This document shows, piece after piece, positions 1 through 11,813 of a stretch of 64,000 nucleotides of DNA. Numbering within the stretch: the stretch's first letter is position 1; every line of letters begins with the position of its first letter. Under the pieces are notes generated by a model. That model saw only the letters and a list, made by a program, of their open reading frames with translations, was not told where the DNA came from and made no database searches. The position numbers and the translations under genes were made by a program. Origin of the DNA: Escherichia coli (GTDB taxonomy: Bacteria; Pseudomonadota; Gammaproteobacteria; Enterobacterales; Enterobacteriaceae); NCBI RefSeq assembly GCF_045037415.1, contig NZ_CP173438.1. One strand, written 5' to 3'.

Positions 1-1551
1 GTTGAACGCGTACTCTTTAGCGCGCTTGGCGTCTCTGACCGCGAGATGAACTGGAAGCAGTATCTCTCAGCCATTCTTGGCCTGAATATACTGGGGCTGG
101 CGGTGCTGTTTTTTATGTTGCTCGGTCAGCACTATCTGCCGCTTAATCCACAGCAGTTGCCAGGGCTGTCGTGGGATCTGGCGCTCAATACCGCCGTCAG
201 CTTTGTCACCAATACCAACTGGCAATCTTATAGCGGTGAAACCACGTTGAGCTATTTCAGCCAGATGGCGGGCTTAACGGTACAAAACTTTCTTTCTGCC
301 GCCAGCGGGATTGCGGTGATTTTTGCCCTCATTCGTGCATTTACCCGCCAGAGCATGAGCACACTCGGGAATGCCTGGGTCGATCTGCTACGCATCACGT
401 TATGGGTGCTAGTCCCTGTGGCGTTGTTGATCGCACTGTTTTTTATTCAACAAGGTGCGCTGCAAAACTTTCTGCCCTATCAGGCGGTGAATACCGTTGA
501 AGGAGCACAACAGCTGTTACCCATGGGGCCAGTAGCTTCTCAGGAAGCGATCAAAATGCTCGGAACTAACGGCGGTGGCTTTTTTAATGCCAACTCGTCG
601 CATCCGTTTGAAAACCCAACCGCACTGACCAACTTCGTGCAAATGCTGGCGATTTTCTTGATCCCAACAGCGCTGTGCTTTGCCTTTGGTGAAGTGGCGG
701 GCGATCGTCGCCAGGGGCGCATGTTGCTGTGGGCGATGTCGGTGATTTTTGTCATCTGCGTAGGCGTAGTGATGTGGGCAGAAGTTCAGGGTAATCCTCA
801 TCTGCTGGCGCTCGGCGCGGACAGCAGCATCAATATGGAAGGTAAAGAGAGCCGTTTCGGCGTGCTGGTCAGTAGCCTGTTTGCGGTCGTGACTACGGCG
901 GCTTCCTGCGGCGCGGTGATTGCGATGCATGATTCGTTTACCGCTCTTGGTGGCATGGTGCCGATGTGGTTGATGCAAATTGGTGAAGTGGTATTCGGCG
1001 GCGTCGGTTCCGGCCTTTACGGCATGATGCTGTTTGTCCTGCTGGCGGTGTTTATTGCCGGGCTGATGATTGGTCGTACACCGGAATATCTGGGTAAAAA
1101 AATCGACGTACGCGAGATGAAACTGACTGCACTGGCGATTCTGGTCACCCCGACGCTGGTGCTGATGGGCGCGGCGCTGGCAATGATGACCGACGCCGGA
1201 CGTAGCGCCATGCTCAACCCTGGCCCGCATGGTTTTAGCGAAGTGCTGTACGCCGTGTCATCCGCCGCTAACAACAACGGCAGCGCCTTTGCCGGATTAA
1301 GCGCCAACTCTCCATTCTGGAACTGTTTACTGGCGTTGTGCATGTTTGTCGGGCGCTTCGGGGTGATTATCCCGGTGATGGCAATTGCCGGTTCGCTGGT
1401 GAGTAAAAAGAGCCAACCCGCCAGCTCCGGCACATTGCCAACGCACGGCCCGCTGTTTGTTGGCCTGTTAATCGGCACCGTGTTGCTGGTTGGCGCACTG
1501 ACCTTTATCCCTGCCCTGGCGCTTGGTCCGGTGGCGGAATATCTCTCCTGA
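1..1551 (+). CDS. kdpA: Potassium-transporting ATPase subunit A, 5' truncated by window edge
   Basis: Open frame from position 1 with no stop; ORF 46..1551 translation matches KdpA; followed by kdpB and kdpC. Confidence 0.9.
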   Translation, partial: VERVLFSALGVSDREMNWKQYLSAILGLNILGLAVLFFMLLGQHYLPLNPQQLPGLSWDLALNTAVSFVTNTNWQSYSGETTLSYFSQMAGLTVQNFLSAASGIAVIFALIRAFTRQSMSTLGNAWVDLLRITLWVLVPVALLIALFFIQQGALQNFLPYQAVNTVEGAQQLLPMGPVASQEAIKMLGTNGGGFFNANSSHPFENPTALTNFVQMLAIFLIPTALCFAFGEVAGDRRQGRMLLWAMSVIFVICVGVVMWAEVQGNPHLLALGADSSINMEGKESRFGVLVSSLFAVVTTAASCGAVIAMHDSFTALGGMVPMWLMQIGEVVFGGVGSGLYGMMLFVLLAVFIAGLMIGRTPEYLGKKIDVREMKLTALAILVTPTLVLMGAALAMMTDAGRSAMLNPGPHGFSEVLYAVSSAANNNGSAFAGLSANSPFWNCLLALCMFVGRFGVIIPVMAIAGSLVSKKSQPASSGTLPTHGPLFVGLLIGTVLLVGALTFIPALALGPVAEYLS

Positions 1552-1573
1552 TGATATTGAGTGAGCACTGAAT

Positions 1574-3622
1574 ATGAGTCGTAAACAACTGGCGCTATTC
1601 GAACCAACACTTGTCGTTCAGGCGCTGAAAGAAGCGGTGAAAAAATTAAACCCGCAGGCGCAATGGCGCAATCCGGTGATGTTTATCGTCTGGATCGGCA
1701 GTCTGCTGACCACCTGTATTAGCATCGCGATGGCAAGCGGTGTGATGCCTGGTAATGCGCTGTTTAGCGCGGCAATTAGCGGCTGGCTGTGGGTCACCGT
1801 ACTGTTCGCTAATTTCGCCGAGGCGTTGGCAGAAGGCCGCAGTAAAGCGCAGGCCAACAGTCTGAAAGGGGTGAAAAAAACCGCTTTTGCTCGCAAGCTG
1901 CGCGAACCGAAATATGGCGCTGTGGCAGACAAAGTTCCTGCCGATCAACTGCGTAAAGGCGATATCGTACTGGTAGAAGCTGGCGATATTATCCCCTGCG
2001 ATGGTGAAGTCATTGAAGGCGGCGCATCGGTCGATGAAAGCGCCATCACCGGGGAATCGGCTCCGGTGATCCGTGAATCCGGCGGTGATTTTGCCTCCGT
2101 CACTGGCGGCACGCGTATTCTTTCTGACTGGCTGGTGATTGAGTGCAGCGTTAACCCCGGCGAGACATTTCTGGATCGGATGATCGCGATGGTGGAAGGT
2201 GCGCAGCGACGTAAAACGCCGAACGAGATTGCCCTGACCATTCTCCTGATTGCCCTGACTATCGTCTTTTTACTGGCAACCGCCACGCTGTGGCCGTTTT
2301 CCGCGTGGGGCGGTAATGCAGTCAGCGTAACGGTACTGGTGGCACTGCTGGTCTGTCTGATCCCAACCACTATTGGCGGCCTGTTGTCAGCGATTGGCGT
2401 CGCCGGGATGAGTCGGATGCTGGGCGCGAATGTTATTGCCACCAGCGGGCGTGCAGTTGAAGCGGCGGGCGACGTGGACGTCCTGCTGCTGGATAAAACC
2501 GGCACCATCACACTCGGTAACCGTCAGGCGTCGGAGTTTATCCCTGCGCAGGGCGTGGATGAAAAAACGCTGGCTGACGCCGCACAACTGGCTTCGCTGG
2601 CTGATGAAACGCCGGAAGGCCGCAGTATTGTGATCCTCGCCAAGCAGCGTTTTAACCTGCGCGAGCGCGATGTGCAGTCGCTCCATGCCACCTTTGTACC
2701 GTTTACTGCGCAAAGCCGGATGAGCGGGATCAACATCGACAACCGCATGATCCGTAAAGGTTCTGTCGATGCCATTCGCCGCCATGTTGAGGCTAACGGC
2801 GGTCACTTCCCTGCCGATGTTGATCAAAAAGTCGATCAAGTTGCGCGTCAGGGAGCCACGCCGCTGGTGGTGGTGGAAGGTTCTCGTGTGCTGGGCGTTA
2901 TTGCGCTGAAAGATATCGTCAAAGGCGGTATTAAAGAGCGCTTCGCCCAGCTGCGTAAAATGGGCATTAAAACGGTGATGATTACCGGCGATAACCGTCT
3001 GACTGCCGCCGCGATTGCCGCGGAAGCGGGCGTCGATGATTTTCTCGCCGAAGCAACACCGGAGGCCAAGCTGGCGTTGATTCGTCAGTATCAGGCAGAA
3101 GGCCGTTTAGTGGCGATGACCGGCGATGGCACCAACGATGCTCCGGCGCTGGCGCAGGCGGATGTCGCGGTGGCGATGAACTCCGGCACCCAGGCGGCGA
3201 AAGAAGCAGGCAATATGGTGGATCTCGACTCCAACCCGACCAAGTTGATCGAGGTGGTGCACATTGGCAAACAGATGCTGATGACCCGTGGCTCGTTGAC
3301 CACCTTCAGCATTGCCAACGATGTGGCGAAATACTTCGCCATTATTCCAGCGGCGTTCGCGGCAACGTATCCGCAGTTAAATGCGCTGAACATCATGCGC
3401 CTGCATTCGCCCGACTCCGCCATTCTCAGTGCGGTCATTTTCAACGCCTTGATTATCGTCTTTTTGATTCCCCTGGCGTTAAAAGGCGTGAGTTATAAAC
3501 CGCTTACCGCTTCTGCCATGTTGCGCCGTAACTTATGGATTTACGGTCTGGGTGGGCTGCTGGTGCCGTTTATTGGTATCAAAGTCATTGATTTACTGCT
3601 AACCGTTTGCGGTCTGGTGTGA
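1574..3622 (+). CDS. kdpB: Potassium-transporting P-type ATPase subunit B
   Basis: 682 aa; P-type ATPase motifs DKTGT and GDGTNDAP present; operon context. Confidence 0.95.
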   Translation: MSRKQLALFEPTLVVQALKEAVKKLNPQAQWRNPVMFIVWIGSLLTTCISIAMASGVMPGNALFSAAISGWLWVTVLFANFAEALAEGRSKAQANSLKGVKKTAFARKLREPKYGAVADKVPADQLRKGDIVLVEAGDIIPCDGEVIEGGASVDESAITGESAPVIRESGGDFASVTGGTRILSDWLVIECSVNPGETFLDRMIAMVEGAQRRKTPNEIALTILLIALTIVFLLATATLWPFSAWGGNAVSVTVLVALLVCLIPTTIGGLLSAIGVAGMSRMLGANVIATSGRAVEAAGDVDVLLLDKTGTITLGNRQASEFIPAQGVDEKTLADAAQLASLADETPEGRSIVILAKQRFNLRERDVQSLHATFVPFTAQSRMSGINIDNRMIRKGSVDAIRRHVEANGGHFPADVDQKVDQVARQGATPLVVVEGSRVLGVIALKDIVKGGIKERFAQLRKMGIKTVMITGDNRLTAAAIAAEAGVDDFLAEATPEAKLALIRQYQAEGRLVAMTGDGTNDAPALAQADVAVAMNSGTQAAKEAGNMVDLDSNPTKLIEVVHIGKQMLMTRGSLTTFSIANDVAKYFAIIPAAFAATYPQLNALNIMRLHSPDSAILSAVIFNALIIVFLIPLALKGVSYKPLTASAMLRRNLWIYGLGGLLVPFIGIKVIDLLLTVCGLV

Positions 3623-3630
3623 GGTTTACC

Positions 3631-4203
3631 ATGAGTGGATTACGTCCGGCATTATCGACATTTCTCTTTCTGTTATTGATTACTGGCGGCGTTTACCCGC
3701 TGCTGACCACCGCACTGGGGCAATGGTGGTTTCCCTGGCAGGCCAACGGTTCATTGATTCGTGAAGGTGATACGGTGCGCGGTTCGGCATTAATCGGGCA
3801 AAATTTTACCGGCAACGGCTATTTTCATGGTCGCCCGTCGGCAACAGCAGAAATGCCCTATAATCCACAGGCTTCTGGCGGGAGCAATCTGGCAGTCAGT
3901 AACCCGGTGCTGGATAAACAGATAGCCGCACGCGTTGCCGCATTACGGGCCGCTAACCCGGACGCCAGCACGAGCGTTCCGGTTGAACTGGTGACAGCGT
4001 CAGCAAGCGGGCTGGACAATAATATTACCCCGCAAGCGGCGGCCTGGCAGATCCCACGCGTGGCGAAAGCGCGTAATCTCAGCGTTGAACAGCTCACGCA
4101 ACTGATCGCAAAATACAGCCAACAACCGCTGGTGAACTATATCGGCCAGCCGGTCGTCAACGTTGTAGAACTCAATCTGGCGCTGGATAAGCTTGATGAA
4201 TAA
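3631..4203 (+). CDS. kdpC: Potassium-transporting ATPase subunit C
   Basis: ORF 3607..4203 trimmed to internal ATG ([11 protein letters not shown]...); RBS gagg upstream; 190 aa. Confidence 0.9.
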   Translation: MSGLRPALSTFLFLLLITGGVYPLLTTALGQWWFPWQANGSLIREGDTVRGSALIGQNFTGNGYFHGRPSATAEMPYNPQASGGSNLAVSNPVLDKQIAARVAALRAANPDASTSVPVELVTASASGLDNNITPQAAAWQIPRVAKARNLSVEQLTQLIAKYSQQPLVNYIGQPVVNVVELNLALDKLDE

Positions 4204-6880
4204 CGAACCCTTACGTCCCGACCCCGATCGTCTGCTGGAACAAACTGCCGCGCCGCATCGGGGGAAGCTGAAAGTTTTCTTCGGTGCCTGCGCAGGCGTC
4301 GGAAAGACCTGGGCGATGCTGGCAGAAGCCCAGCGACTGCGGGCGCAAGGGCTGGATATTGTGGTTGGCGTGGTAGAAACCCACGGGCGGAAAGATACCG
4401 CCGCAATGCTGGAAGGTCTGGCTGTTCTGCCGCTGAAACGCCAGGCGTACCGTGGGCGGCATATCAGCGAGTTTGATCTCGATGCCGCCCTCGCCCGCCG
4501 TCCGGCACTGATCTTAATGGACGAACTGGCGCACAGTAATGCGCCAGGTTCTCGTCATCCTAAACGCTGGCAGGACATCGAAGAGCTGCTGGAAGCAGGC
4601 ATTGATGTTTTCACTACCGTCAACGTTCAGCATCTGGAAAGCCTGAACGATGTGGTCAGTGGCGTAACCGGAATTCAGGTTCGGGAAACCGTGCCCGATC
4701 CTTTTTTCGATGCCGCCGACGACGTAGTACTGGTGGACTTGCCCCCGGACGATCTGCGCCAACGACTGAAAGAAGGCAAAGTCTATATTGCCGGGCAGGC
4801 AGAACGCGCCATTGAGCATTTTTTCCGCAAAGGCAATCTGATCGCCCTGCGCGAGCTGGCGCTACGCCGTACTGCCGATCGCGTAGATGAGCAAATGCGC
4901 GCGTGGCGGGGGCATCCTGGCGAAGAGAAAGTCTGGCACACGCGCGACGCGATCCTTTTATGCATCGGGCATAACACCGGCAGTGAGAAACTGGTCCGCG
5001 CGGCGGCGCGGCTGGCGTCGCGCCTGGGCAGTGTCTGGCACGCGGTGTATGTTGAAACCCCTGCCCTGCATCGCTTACCGGAGAAAAAACGTCGGGCAAT
5101 TCTCAGCGCCTTACGTCTGGCGCAGGAGTTGGGCGCGGAGACGGCAACACTTTCTGATCCAGCGGAAGAAAAAGCAGTAGTGCGTTATGCCCGTGAACAT
5201 AATCTCGGCAAGATTATTCTCGGTCGCCCGGCCTCGCGCCGCTGGTGGCGTCGGGAAACGTTTGCTGACCGGCTGGCGCGCATCGCCCCCGATCTCGATC
5301 AGGTACTGGTCGCGCTTGATGAACCACCCGCCCGCACGATTAATAACGCGCCGGATAGCCGCTCTTTTAAAGACAAGTGGCGGGTACAGATTCAGGGATG
5401 CGTGGTTGCCGCCGCGTTATGCGCCGTTATCACCTTAATTGCCATGCAGTGGCTGATGGCGTTTGATGCCGCCAACCTGGTGATGCTGTATCTGCTTGGC
5501 GTGGTTGTGGTGGCACTATTTTACGGACGCTGGCCTTCGGTGGTTGCGACCGTCATTAATGTGGTGAGTTTCGATCTCTTTTTTATCGCCCCACGCGGCA
5601 CGCTCGCCGTCTCTGATGTGCAATATCTGCTGACCTTCGCGGTGATGTTAACCGTCGGGCTGGTGATCGGGAACCTTACTGCTGGCGTGCGTTATCAGGC
5701 GCGGGTAGCCCGTTACCGCGAACAACGCACACGGCACTTATATGAAATGTCCAAAGCTCTGGCTGTGGGCCGTAGTTCGCAGGATATCGCCGCCACCAGC
5801 GAACAGTTTATTGCCTCCACGTTTCATGCCCGTAGCCAGGTGTTGCTGCCTGATGACAACGGTAAATTGCAGCCTTTAACACATCCGCAAGGAATGACGC
5901 CGTGGGACGATGCCATCGCGCAGTGGAGTTTTGATAAAGGCCTGCCTGCGGGCGCGGGCACCGACACGTTACCCGGTGTACCGTACCAGATTTTGCCGCT
6001 AAAAAGCGGCGAGAAAACCTACGGACTGGTGGTGGTGGAACCGGGGAATCTGCGCCAGTTGATGATCCCGGAACAGCAGCGCCTGCTGGAGACGTTTACG
6101 CTGTTAGTCGCCAATGCCCTTGAGCGACTGACACTGACCGCCAGCGAAGAACAGGCGCGGATGGCAAGCGAACGTGAACAGATCCGCAACGCCCTGCTGG
6201 CGGCGCTTTCGCATGATTTACGCACGCCGCTTACGGTGCTGTTCGGTCAGGCAGAAATCTTAACGCTCGATCTGGCAAGCGAAGGATCGCCCCACGCCCG
6301 CCAGGCCAGCGAGATTCGTCAGCATGTGCTGAACACCACCCGACTGGTGAATAATCTACTGGATATGGCGCGAATTCAGTCCGGCGGCTTTAATTTGAAG
6401 AAAGAGTGGTTAACGCTGGAAGAAGTGGTCGGCAGCGCGCTGCAAATGCTGGAACCGGGTTTATCGTCGCCCATCAATCTTTCTCTGCCAGAGCCGCTGA
6501 CCTTAATCCACGTTGACGGGCCACTCTTTGAACGGGTGCTGATTAACCTGCTGGAGAACGCGGTGAAATATGCGGGGGCGCAGGCCGAAATTGGTATCAA
6601 TGCCCACATCGAGGGCGAAAATCTACAACTGGATGTCTGGGATAACGGCCCCGGTCTTCCACCAGGCCAGGAGCAGACGATATTTGATAAGTTTGCTCGC
6701 GGGAATAAAGAGTCGGCGGTACCGGGTGTAGGGCTTGGGTTGGCAATTTGTCGGGCGATAGTGGATGTACACGGCGGCACCATTACCGCATTCAACCGAC
6801 CGGAAGGTGGTGCCTGTTTTCGTGTTACACTTCCCCAGCAAACAGCCCCTGAACTTGAAGAATTTCATGAGGATATGTGA
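4196..6880 (+). CDS. kdpD: Sensor histidine kinase KdpD
   Basis: 894 aa from ATG at 4196 (ORF begins at TTG 4193); N-terminal Walker-type KdpD domain, C-terminal HisKA/HATPase; start overlaps kdpC stop. Confidence 0.9.
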   Translation: MNNEPLRPDPDRLLEQTAAPHRGKLKVFFGACAGVGKTWAMLAEAQRLRAQGLDIVVGVVETHGRKDTAAMLEGLAVLPLKRQAYRGRHISEFDLDAALARRPALILMDELAHSNAPGSRHPKRWQDIEELLEAGIDVFTTVNVQHLESLNDVVSGVTGIQVRETVPDPFFDAADDVVLVDLPPDDLRQRLKEGKVYIAGQAERAIEHFFRKGNLIALRELALRRTADRVDEQMRAWRGHPGEEKVWHTRDAILLCIGHNTGSEKLVRAAARLASRLGSVWHAVYVETPALHRLPEKKRRAILSALRLAQELGAETATLSDPAEEKAVVRYAREHNLGKIILGRPASRRWWRRETFADRLARIAPDLDQVLVALDEPPARTINNAPDSRSFKDKWRVQIQGCVVAAALCAVITLIAMQWLMAFDAANLVMLYLLGVVVVALFYGRWPSVVATVINVVSFDLFFIAPRGTLAVSDVQYLLTFAVMLTVGLVIGNLTAGVRYQARVARYREQRTRHLYEMSKALAVGRSSQDIAATSEQFIASTFHARSQVLLPDDNGKLQPLTHPQGMTPWDDAIAQWSFDKGLPAGAGTDTLPGVPYQILPLKSGEKTYGLVVVEPGNLRQLMIPEQQRLLETFTLLVANALERLTLTASEEQARMASEREQIRNALLAALSHDLRTPLTVLFGQAEILTLDLASEGSPHARQASEIRQHVLNTTRLVNNLLDMARIQSGGFNLKKEWLTLEEVVGSALQMLEPGLSSPINLSLPEPLTLIHVDGPLFERVLINLLENAVKYAGAQAEIGINAHIEGENLQLDVWDNGPGLPPGQEQTIFDKFARGNKESAVPGVGLGLAICRAIVDVHGGTITAFNRPEGGACFRVTLPQQTAPELEEFHEDM

Positions 6881-7554
6881 CAAACGTTCTGATTGTTGAA
6901 GATGAACAGGCTATTCGTCGCTTTCTGCGCACGGCGCTGGAGGGCGATGGGATGCGCGTCTTTGAGGCCGAAACGCTGCAACGCGGCTTGCTGGAAGCGG
7001 CTACCCGTAAGCCAGATTTGATTATTCTCGATCTCGGCCTGCCCGATGGTGATGGGATTGAGTTTATCCGCGACCTGCGCCAGTGGAGCGCGGTGCCGGT
7101 GATTGTGCTTTCCGCACGTAGCGAAGAGAGCGACAAAATCGCCGCGCTGGATGCCGGAGCGGATGATTATCTGAGTAAGCCGTTTGGCATTGGCGAATTG
7201 CAGGCCCGTCTGCGCGTCGCTTTACGTCGCCACTCCGCCACCGCCGCGCCCGATCCGCTGGTGAAATTTTCCGATGTTACCGTCGATTTAGCCGCCCGCG
7301 TTATCCATCGGGGCGAGGAAGAGGTGCATCTCACCCCGATTGAGTTCCGCCTGCTGGCAGTGTTGCTCAACAACGCCGGAAAAGTGCTCACCCAGCGCCA
7401 GTTACTCAATCAGGTGTGGGGACCAAACGCGGTCGAACACAGCCACTATTTGCGTATTTATATGGGGCATCTGCGACAAAAACTGGAGCAAGATCCCGCC
7501 CGCCCCCGCCATTTTATTACTGAAACCGGTATTGGGTATCGGTTTATGCCATGA
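6877..7554 (+). CDS. kdpE: Response regulator KdpE (OmpR family)
   Basis: 225 aa; receiver domain plus winged helix; GTG start overlapping kdpD stop. Confidence 0.95.
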   Translation: MTNVLIVEDEQAIRRFLRTALEGDGMRVFEAETLQRGLLEAATRKPDLIILDLGLPDGDGIEFIRDLRQWSAVPVIVLSARSEESDKIAALDAGADDYLSKPFGIGELQARLRVALRRHSATAAPDPLVKFSDVTVDLAARVIHRGEEEVHLTPIEFRLLAVLLNNAGKVLTQRQLLNQVWGPNAVEHSHYLRIYMGHLRQKLEQDPARPRHFITETGIGYRFMP

Positions 7555-7828
7555 ATTATTATTCAATAAATACGCTTAAATAATTATTAATTTATTATTA
7601 AACCTGCCCCGAAAATTATTATTTGGCAGGTTTAATTTCTTAATGAAAATACAACCCACAAAATTGCAACATTTAAACAACAAAACAGCATCTAATATGG
7701 CGCTATTCATCATTAATGATTTATTATTTGGGATATGATCGTTTTTTGTTGATCTTCTTCACAGATTATAGCCATTTCATGGATAGAATAACCCTACCTT
7801 CAACTGACACAGAAAAAGGTAAAGGTAA

Positions 7829-7933
7829 ATGGAAAATAATAACCGCTTAATGCCTCATATAAGGCGGACAACCCATATCATGAAGTTTGCCCATCGTAAT
7901 AGTTTTGACTTTCATTTTTTTAATGCCCGCTAG
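7829..7933 (+). CDS. speFL: speF leader peptide (ornithine-sensing arrest peptide), 34 codons
   Basis: atg at 7829 translates to MENNNRLMPHIRRTTHIMKFAHRNSFDFHFFNAR then TAG; below the ORF-track size cutoff; sits ~300 nt upstream of speF. Confidence 0.8.
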   Translation: MENNNRLMPHIRRTTHIMKFAHRNSFDFHFFNAR

Positions 7934-8242
7934 TCTTCTGACTAAAGGGCACCCCAGCGTACAGGTCTCCCTGACTTTAAGCATTACAGGTTAATACCTG
8001 TATCCCTCGGTGCTCATATACTGCTAACCCTTTTAAACTCTAAATAATTCGAGTCGCAGCACATGCAACTTGAAGTATGACGAGTATAGCCAGTTACCGG
8101 GCTGGTCTGGGTTATTGCATCTGCAAAAAGCAAACTACTGATTTATTTATCAGCGGTGGGGTTTTGCTTTTTTCCGGCGTGATCAATTTCTCCTTTGAGA
8201 AATTGAGGACCTGCTATTACCTGAAATAAAGAGATGAACAAA

Positions 8243-10441
8243 ATGTCAGAATTAAAAATTGCCGTTAGCCGTTCTTGCCCGGATTGTTTTTCCACTCATC
8301 GTGAATGCGTGAATATTGACAAAAGTAATTATATTGACGTTGCCGCCATTATTTTATCAGTCAATGATGTTGAACATGGAAAACTCGATGAAATAGACGC
8401 TACTGGCTATGGCATTCCTGTTTTTATTGCAACGGAAAATGAAGAACGTGTACCAGCAGAATATCTGCCACGTATTTCTGGTGTCTTCGAGCATTGCGAA
8501 TCACGGAAAGAGTTTTATGGACGTCAGTTAGAAACCGCTGCCAGCCATTATGAAACGCAACTGCGCCCGCCCTTCTTCCGCGCACTGGTCGATTATGTCA
8601 ATCAGGGCAATAGCGCTTTTGACTGCCCGGGTCATCAGGGAGGTGAGTTTTTCCGTCGCCATCCGGCAGGCAATCAGTTCGTGGAATATTTTGGCGAAAT
8701 GCTCTTCCGCTCCGACTTGTGTAATGCCGACGTTGCAATGGGCGATCTACTGATTCATGAAGGTGCGCCATGCATTGCACAGCAACATGCGGCTAAAGTG
8801 TTTAATGCCGATAAAACGTACTTTGTTTTAAACGGCACATCCTCCTCCAACAAAGTGGTTTTAAACGCCCTGCTGACACCGGGTGATCTGGTGCTGTTTG
8901 ACCGTAATAACCATAAGTCTAACCACCACGGAGCGTTGCTACAGGCTGGTGCAACACCGGTTTATCTGGAAACAGCACGTAACCCGTATGGTTTTATCGG
9001 TGGCATTGATGCGCACTGCTTCGAAGAAAGTTATCTGCGTGAACTGATTACAGAAGTTGCACCGCAACGGGCAAAAGAGGCGCGTCCGTTCCGCCTCGCT
9101 GTGATTCAGTTAGGCACCTACGACGGTACTATTTATAACGCCCGCCAGGTGGTGGATAAAATCGGCCATCTGTGTGACTACATCCTGTTTGACTCCGCAT
9201 GGGTCGGCTATGAACAGTTTATTCCGATGATGGCGGACTGTTCGCCGCTGCTACTGGAGCTTAATGAGAACGATCCGGGTATTCTGGTTACGCAATCTGT
9301 GCATAAACAACAGGCTGGTTTTTCTCAGACTTCACAAATTCATAAAAAAGACAGCCATATCAAAGGGCAACAGCGTTATGTACCGCACAAACGCATGAAC
9401 AACGCCTTTATGATGCACGCCTCCACCAGCCCGTTCTATCCGCTGTTTGCCGCACTGGATATCAACGCCAAAATGCATGAAGGTGTCAGCGGTCGTAATA
9501 TGTGGATGGATTGTGTGGTTAACGGTATTAATGCCCGCAAATTGATCCTCGATAACTGCCAGCACATTCGCCCGTTCGTTCCTGAACTGGTGGATGGTAA
9601 ACCCTGGCAGTCGTATGAAACAGCGCAAATTGCGGTTGATCTGCGCTTCTTTAAATTTGTACCCGGTGAGCACTGGCATTCTTTTGAAGGCTACGCAGAG
9701 AACCAATACTTTGTCGATCCGTGCAAACTGTTGCTGACAACTCCAGGTATTGATGCACGTAACGGCGAATATGAAGCGTTCGGTGTACCCGCAACGATTC
9801 TTGCTAACTTCCTGCGCGAAAATGGCGTAGTGCCGGAAAAATGCGATCTTAACTCCATCCTCTTCCTGCTGACTCCGGCAGAAGATATGGCCAAACTGCA
9901 GCAACTTGTTGCCCTGCTGGTACGCTTCGAAAAACTACTGGAAGCTGATGCGCCTCTGGCGGAAGTACTGCCTTCCATCTACAAACAGCATGAAGAGCGC
10001 TACGCCGGTTATACCCTGCGTCAGTTGTGCCAGGAAATGCATGATTTGTATGCCCGTCACAACGTGAAACAACTGCAAAAAGAGATGTTCCGTAAGGAAC
10101 ACTTCCCTCGCGTCAGCATGAATCCGCAAGAAGCCAACTACGCCTACTTACGCGGTGAAGTGGAGCTGGTTCGTCTGCCGGATGCAGAAGGCCGTATCGC
10201 TGCCGAAGGTGCGCTTCCTTATCCTCCGGGTGTGCTGTGTGTTGTTCCTGGTGAAATCTGGGGTGGTGCTGTTCTGCGTTACTTCAGCGCTCTGGAAGAA
10301 GGCATCAACCTGCTGCCAGGTTTTGCACCGGAGCTGCAGGGTGTCTATATCGAAGAACATGATGGTCGTAAGCAAGTTTGGTGCTATGTCATCAAGCCTC
10401 GTGATGCGCAAAGCGCCCTGTTGAAAGGGGAAAAATTATGA
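8243..10441 (+). CDS. speF: Inducible ornithine decarboxylase
   Basis: ORF 8234..10441; second in-frame ATG at 8243 gives 732 aa, the length I recall for SpeF; PLP-dependent fold I decarboxylase; followed by potE. Confidence 0.9.
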   Translation: MSELKIAVSRSCPDCFSTHRECVNIDKSNYIDVAAIILSVNDVEHGKLDEIDATGYGIPVFIATENEERVPAEYLPRISGVFEHCESRKEFYGRQLETAASHYETQLRPPFFRALVDYVNQGNSAFDCPGHQGGEFFRRHPAGNQFVEYFGEMLFRSDLCNADVAMGDLLIHEGAPCIAQQHAAKVFNADKTYFVLNGTSSSNKVVLNALLTPGDLVLFDRNNHKSNHHGALLQAGATPVYLETARNPYGFIGGIDAHCFEESYLRELITEVAPQRAKEARPFRLAVIQLGTYDGTIYNARQVVDKIGHLCDYILFDSAWVGYEQFIPMMADCSPLLLELNENDPGILVTQSVHKQQAGFSQTSQIHKKDSHIKGQQRYVPHKRMNNAFMMHASTSPFYPLFAALDINAKMHEGVSGRNMWMDCVVNGINARKLILDNCQHIRPFVPELVDGKPWQSYETAQIAVDLRFFKFVPGEHWHSFEGYAENQYFVDPCKLLLTTPGIDARNGEYEAFGVPATILANFLRENGVVPEKCDLNSILFLLTPAEDMAKLQQLVALLVRFEKLLEADAPLAEVLPSIYKQHEERYAGYTLRQLCQEMHDLYARHNVKQLQKEMFRKEHFPRVSMNPQEANYAYLRGEVELVRLPDAEGRIAAEGALPYPPGVLCVVPGEIWGGAVLRYFSALEEGINLLPGFAPELQGVYIEEHDGRKQVWCYVIKPRDAQSALLKGEKL

Positions 10442-11757
10442 GTCAGGCGAAATCGAACAAAATGGGTGTCGTTCAGTTAACCATACTGACGATGGTCAAC
10501 ATGATGGGCTCCGGTATCATCATGCTGCCGACAAAGCTTGCCGAAGTCGGGACAATCTCAATTATCTCCTGGCTGGTGACAGCCGTAGGCTCAATGGCAC
10601 TGGCATGGGCATTCGCAAAATGCGGTATGTTCAGCCGTAAATCAGGAGGTATGGGCGGTTATGCCGAGTATGCTTTCGGTAAATCCGGTAACTTTATGGC
10701 GAACTATACCTACGGCGTCTCGCTGCTGATTGCTAACGTCGCGATTGCTATTTCGGCGGTTGGTTACGGCACCGAACTGCTCGGCGCGAGTTTGTCGCCA
10801 GTGCAGATTGGTCTTGCGACCATCGGGGTGCTGTGGATTTGTACCGTGGCTAACTTTGGTGGTGCGCGCATTACCGGGCAAATCAGTAGCATTACCGTGT
10901 GGGGGGTCATTATTCCGGTGGTAGGCCTGTGCATTATCGGCTGGTTCTGGTTTAGCCCGACGCTTTACGTTGATTCCTGGAATCCGCATCATGCACCCTT
11001 CTTCAGTGCGGTAGGTTCTTCCATCGCTATGACGCTGTGGGCTTTTCTTGGTCTGGAGTCTGCGTGTGCGAATACTGATGTAGTGGAAAACCCGGAACGT
11101 AATGTGCCAATCGCGGTACTCGGCGGTACGTTAGGTGCGGCGGTGATTTATATCGTCTCCACCAACGTGATTGCCGGGATTGTGCCAAATATGGAGCTGG
11201 CAAATTCAACGGCACCATTTGGTCTGGCCTTCGCGCAGATGTTCACGCCGGAAGTGGGTAAAGTCATTATGGCGCTGATGGTGATGTCCTGCTGCGGTTC
11301 GCTGCTTGGCTGGCAGTTCACCATTGCCCAGGTGTTTAAATCTTCATCTGATGAAGGCTACTTCCCTAAAATTTTCTCCCGTGTAACCAAAGTGGATGCA
11401 CCGGTGCAGGGAATGTTGACCATTGTGATTATCCAGAGCGGGTTGGCGCTGATGACGATTAGCCCGTCGCTAAACAGTCAGTTCAACGTGCTGGTTAACC
11501 TGGCCGTGGTGACTAATATCATTCCGTATATTCTGTCAATGGCGGCATTAGTCATTATTCAGAAGGTCGCTAATGTGCCCCCCTCAAAAGCGAAAGTTGC
11601 AAACTTTGTTGCTTTTGTTGGCGCGATGTACAGCTTTTATGCGCTGTACTCATCCGGGGAAGAAGCCATGCTATACGGTTCCATCGTGACCTTCCTCGGT
11701 TGGACACTGTATGGTCTGGTCTCACCACGCTTTGAACTGAAAAATAAACACGGTTAA
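10438..11757 (+). CDS. potE: Putrescine-ornithine antiporter
   Basis: 439 aa APC-family permease; start overlaps speF stop (ATGA). Confidence 0.95.
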   Translation: MSQAKSNKMGVVQLTILTMVNMMGSGIIMLPTKLAEVGTISIISWLVTAVGSMALAWAFAKCGMFSRKSGGMGGYAEYAFGKSGNFMANYTYGVSLLIANVAIAISAVGYGTELLGASLSPVQIGLATIGVLWICTVANFGGARITGQISSITVWGVIIPVVGLCIIGWFWFSPTLYVDSWNPHHAPFFSAVGSSIAMTLWAFLGLESACANTDVVENPERNVPIAVLGGTLGAAVIYIVSTNVIAGIVPNMELANSTAPFGLAFAQMFTPEVGKVIMALMVMSCCGSLLGWQFTIAQVFKSSSDEGYFPKIFSRVTKVDAPVQGMLTIVIIQSGLALMTISPSLNSQFNVLVNLAVVTNIIPYILSMAALVIIQKVANVPPSKAKVANFVAFVGAMYSFYALYSSGEEAMLYGSIVTFLGWTLYGLVSPRFELKNKHG

Positions 11758-11770
11758 TTAAGCAAAGCAA

Positions 11771-11800
11771 AAAAGGGCGATCTTCCGACCGCCCTTTTTC
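11771..11800. terminator. Bidirectional intrinsic terminator between potE and pgm
   Basis: A-run, stem gggcg...cgccc, then T-run (aaaagggcgatcttccgaccgcccttttt). Confidence 0.6.
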
Positions 11801-11813
11801 TTATTTGATATGT

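Noticed and set aside
517-1610. Minus-strand ORFs of 237 and 197 aa inside kdpA
   Set aside because: Antisense to a well-supported membrane protein gene; Arg/His-rich shadow ORFs.
7598-7640. Possible kdp operon terminator after kdpE
   Set aside because: Stem aacctgcc/ggcaggtt encloses a loop of about 17 nt and is followed by a poor T-tract; too weak to annotate as a feature.
8234-8242. Upstream ATG for speF giving a 735-aa product
   Set aside because: The AG-rich tract abuts this ATG with no spacing; the second ATG at 8243 gives the 732-aa length I recall. The choice remains uncertain.
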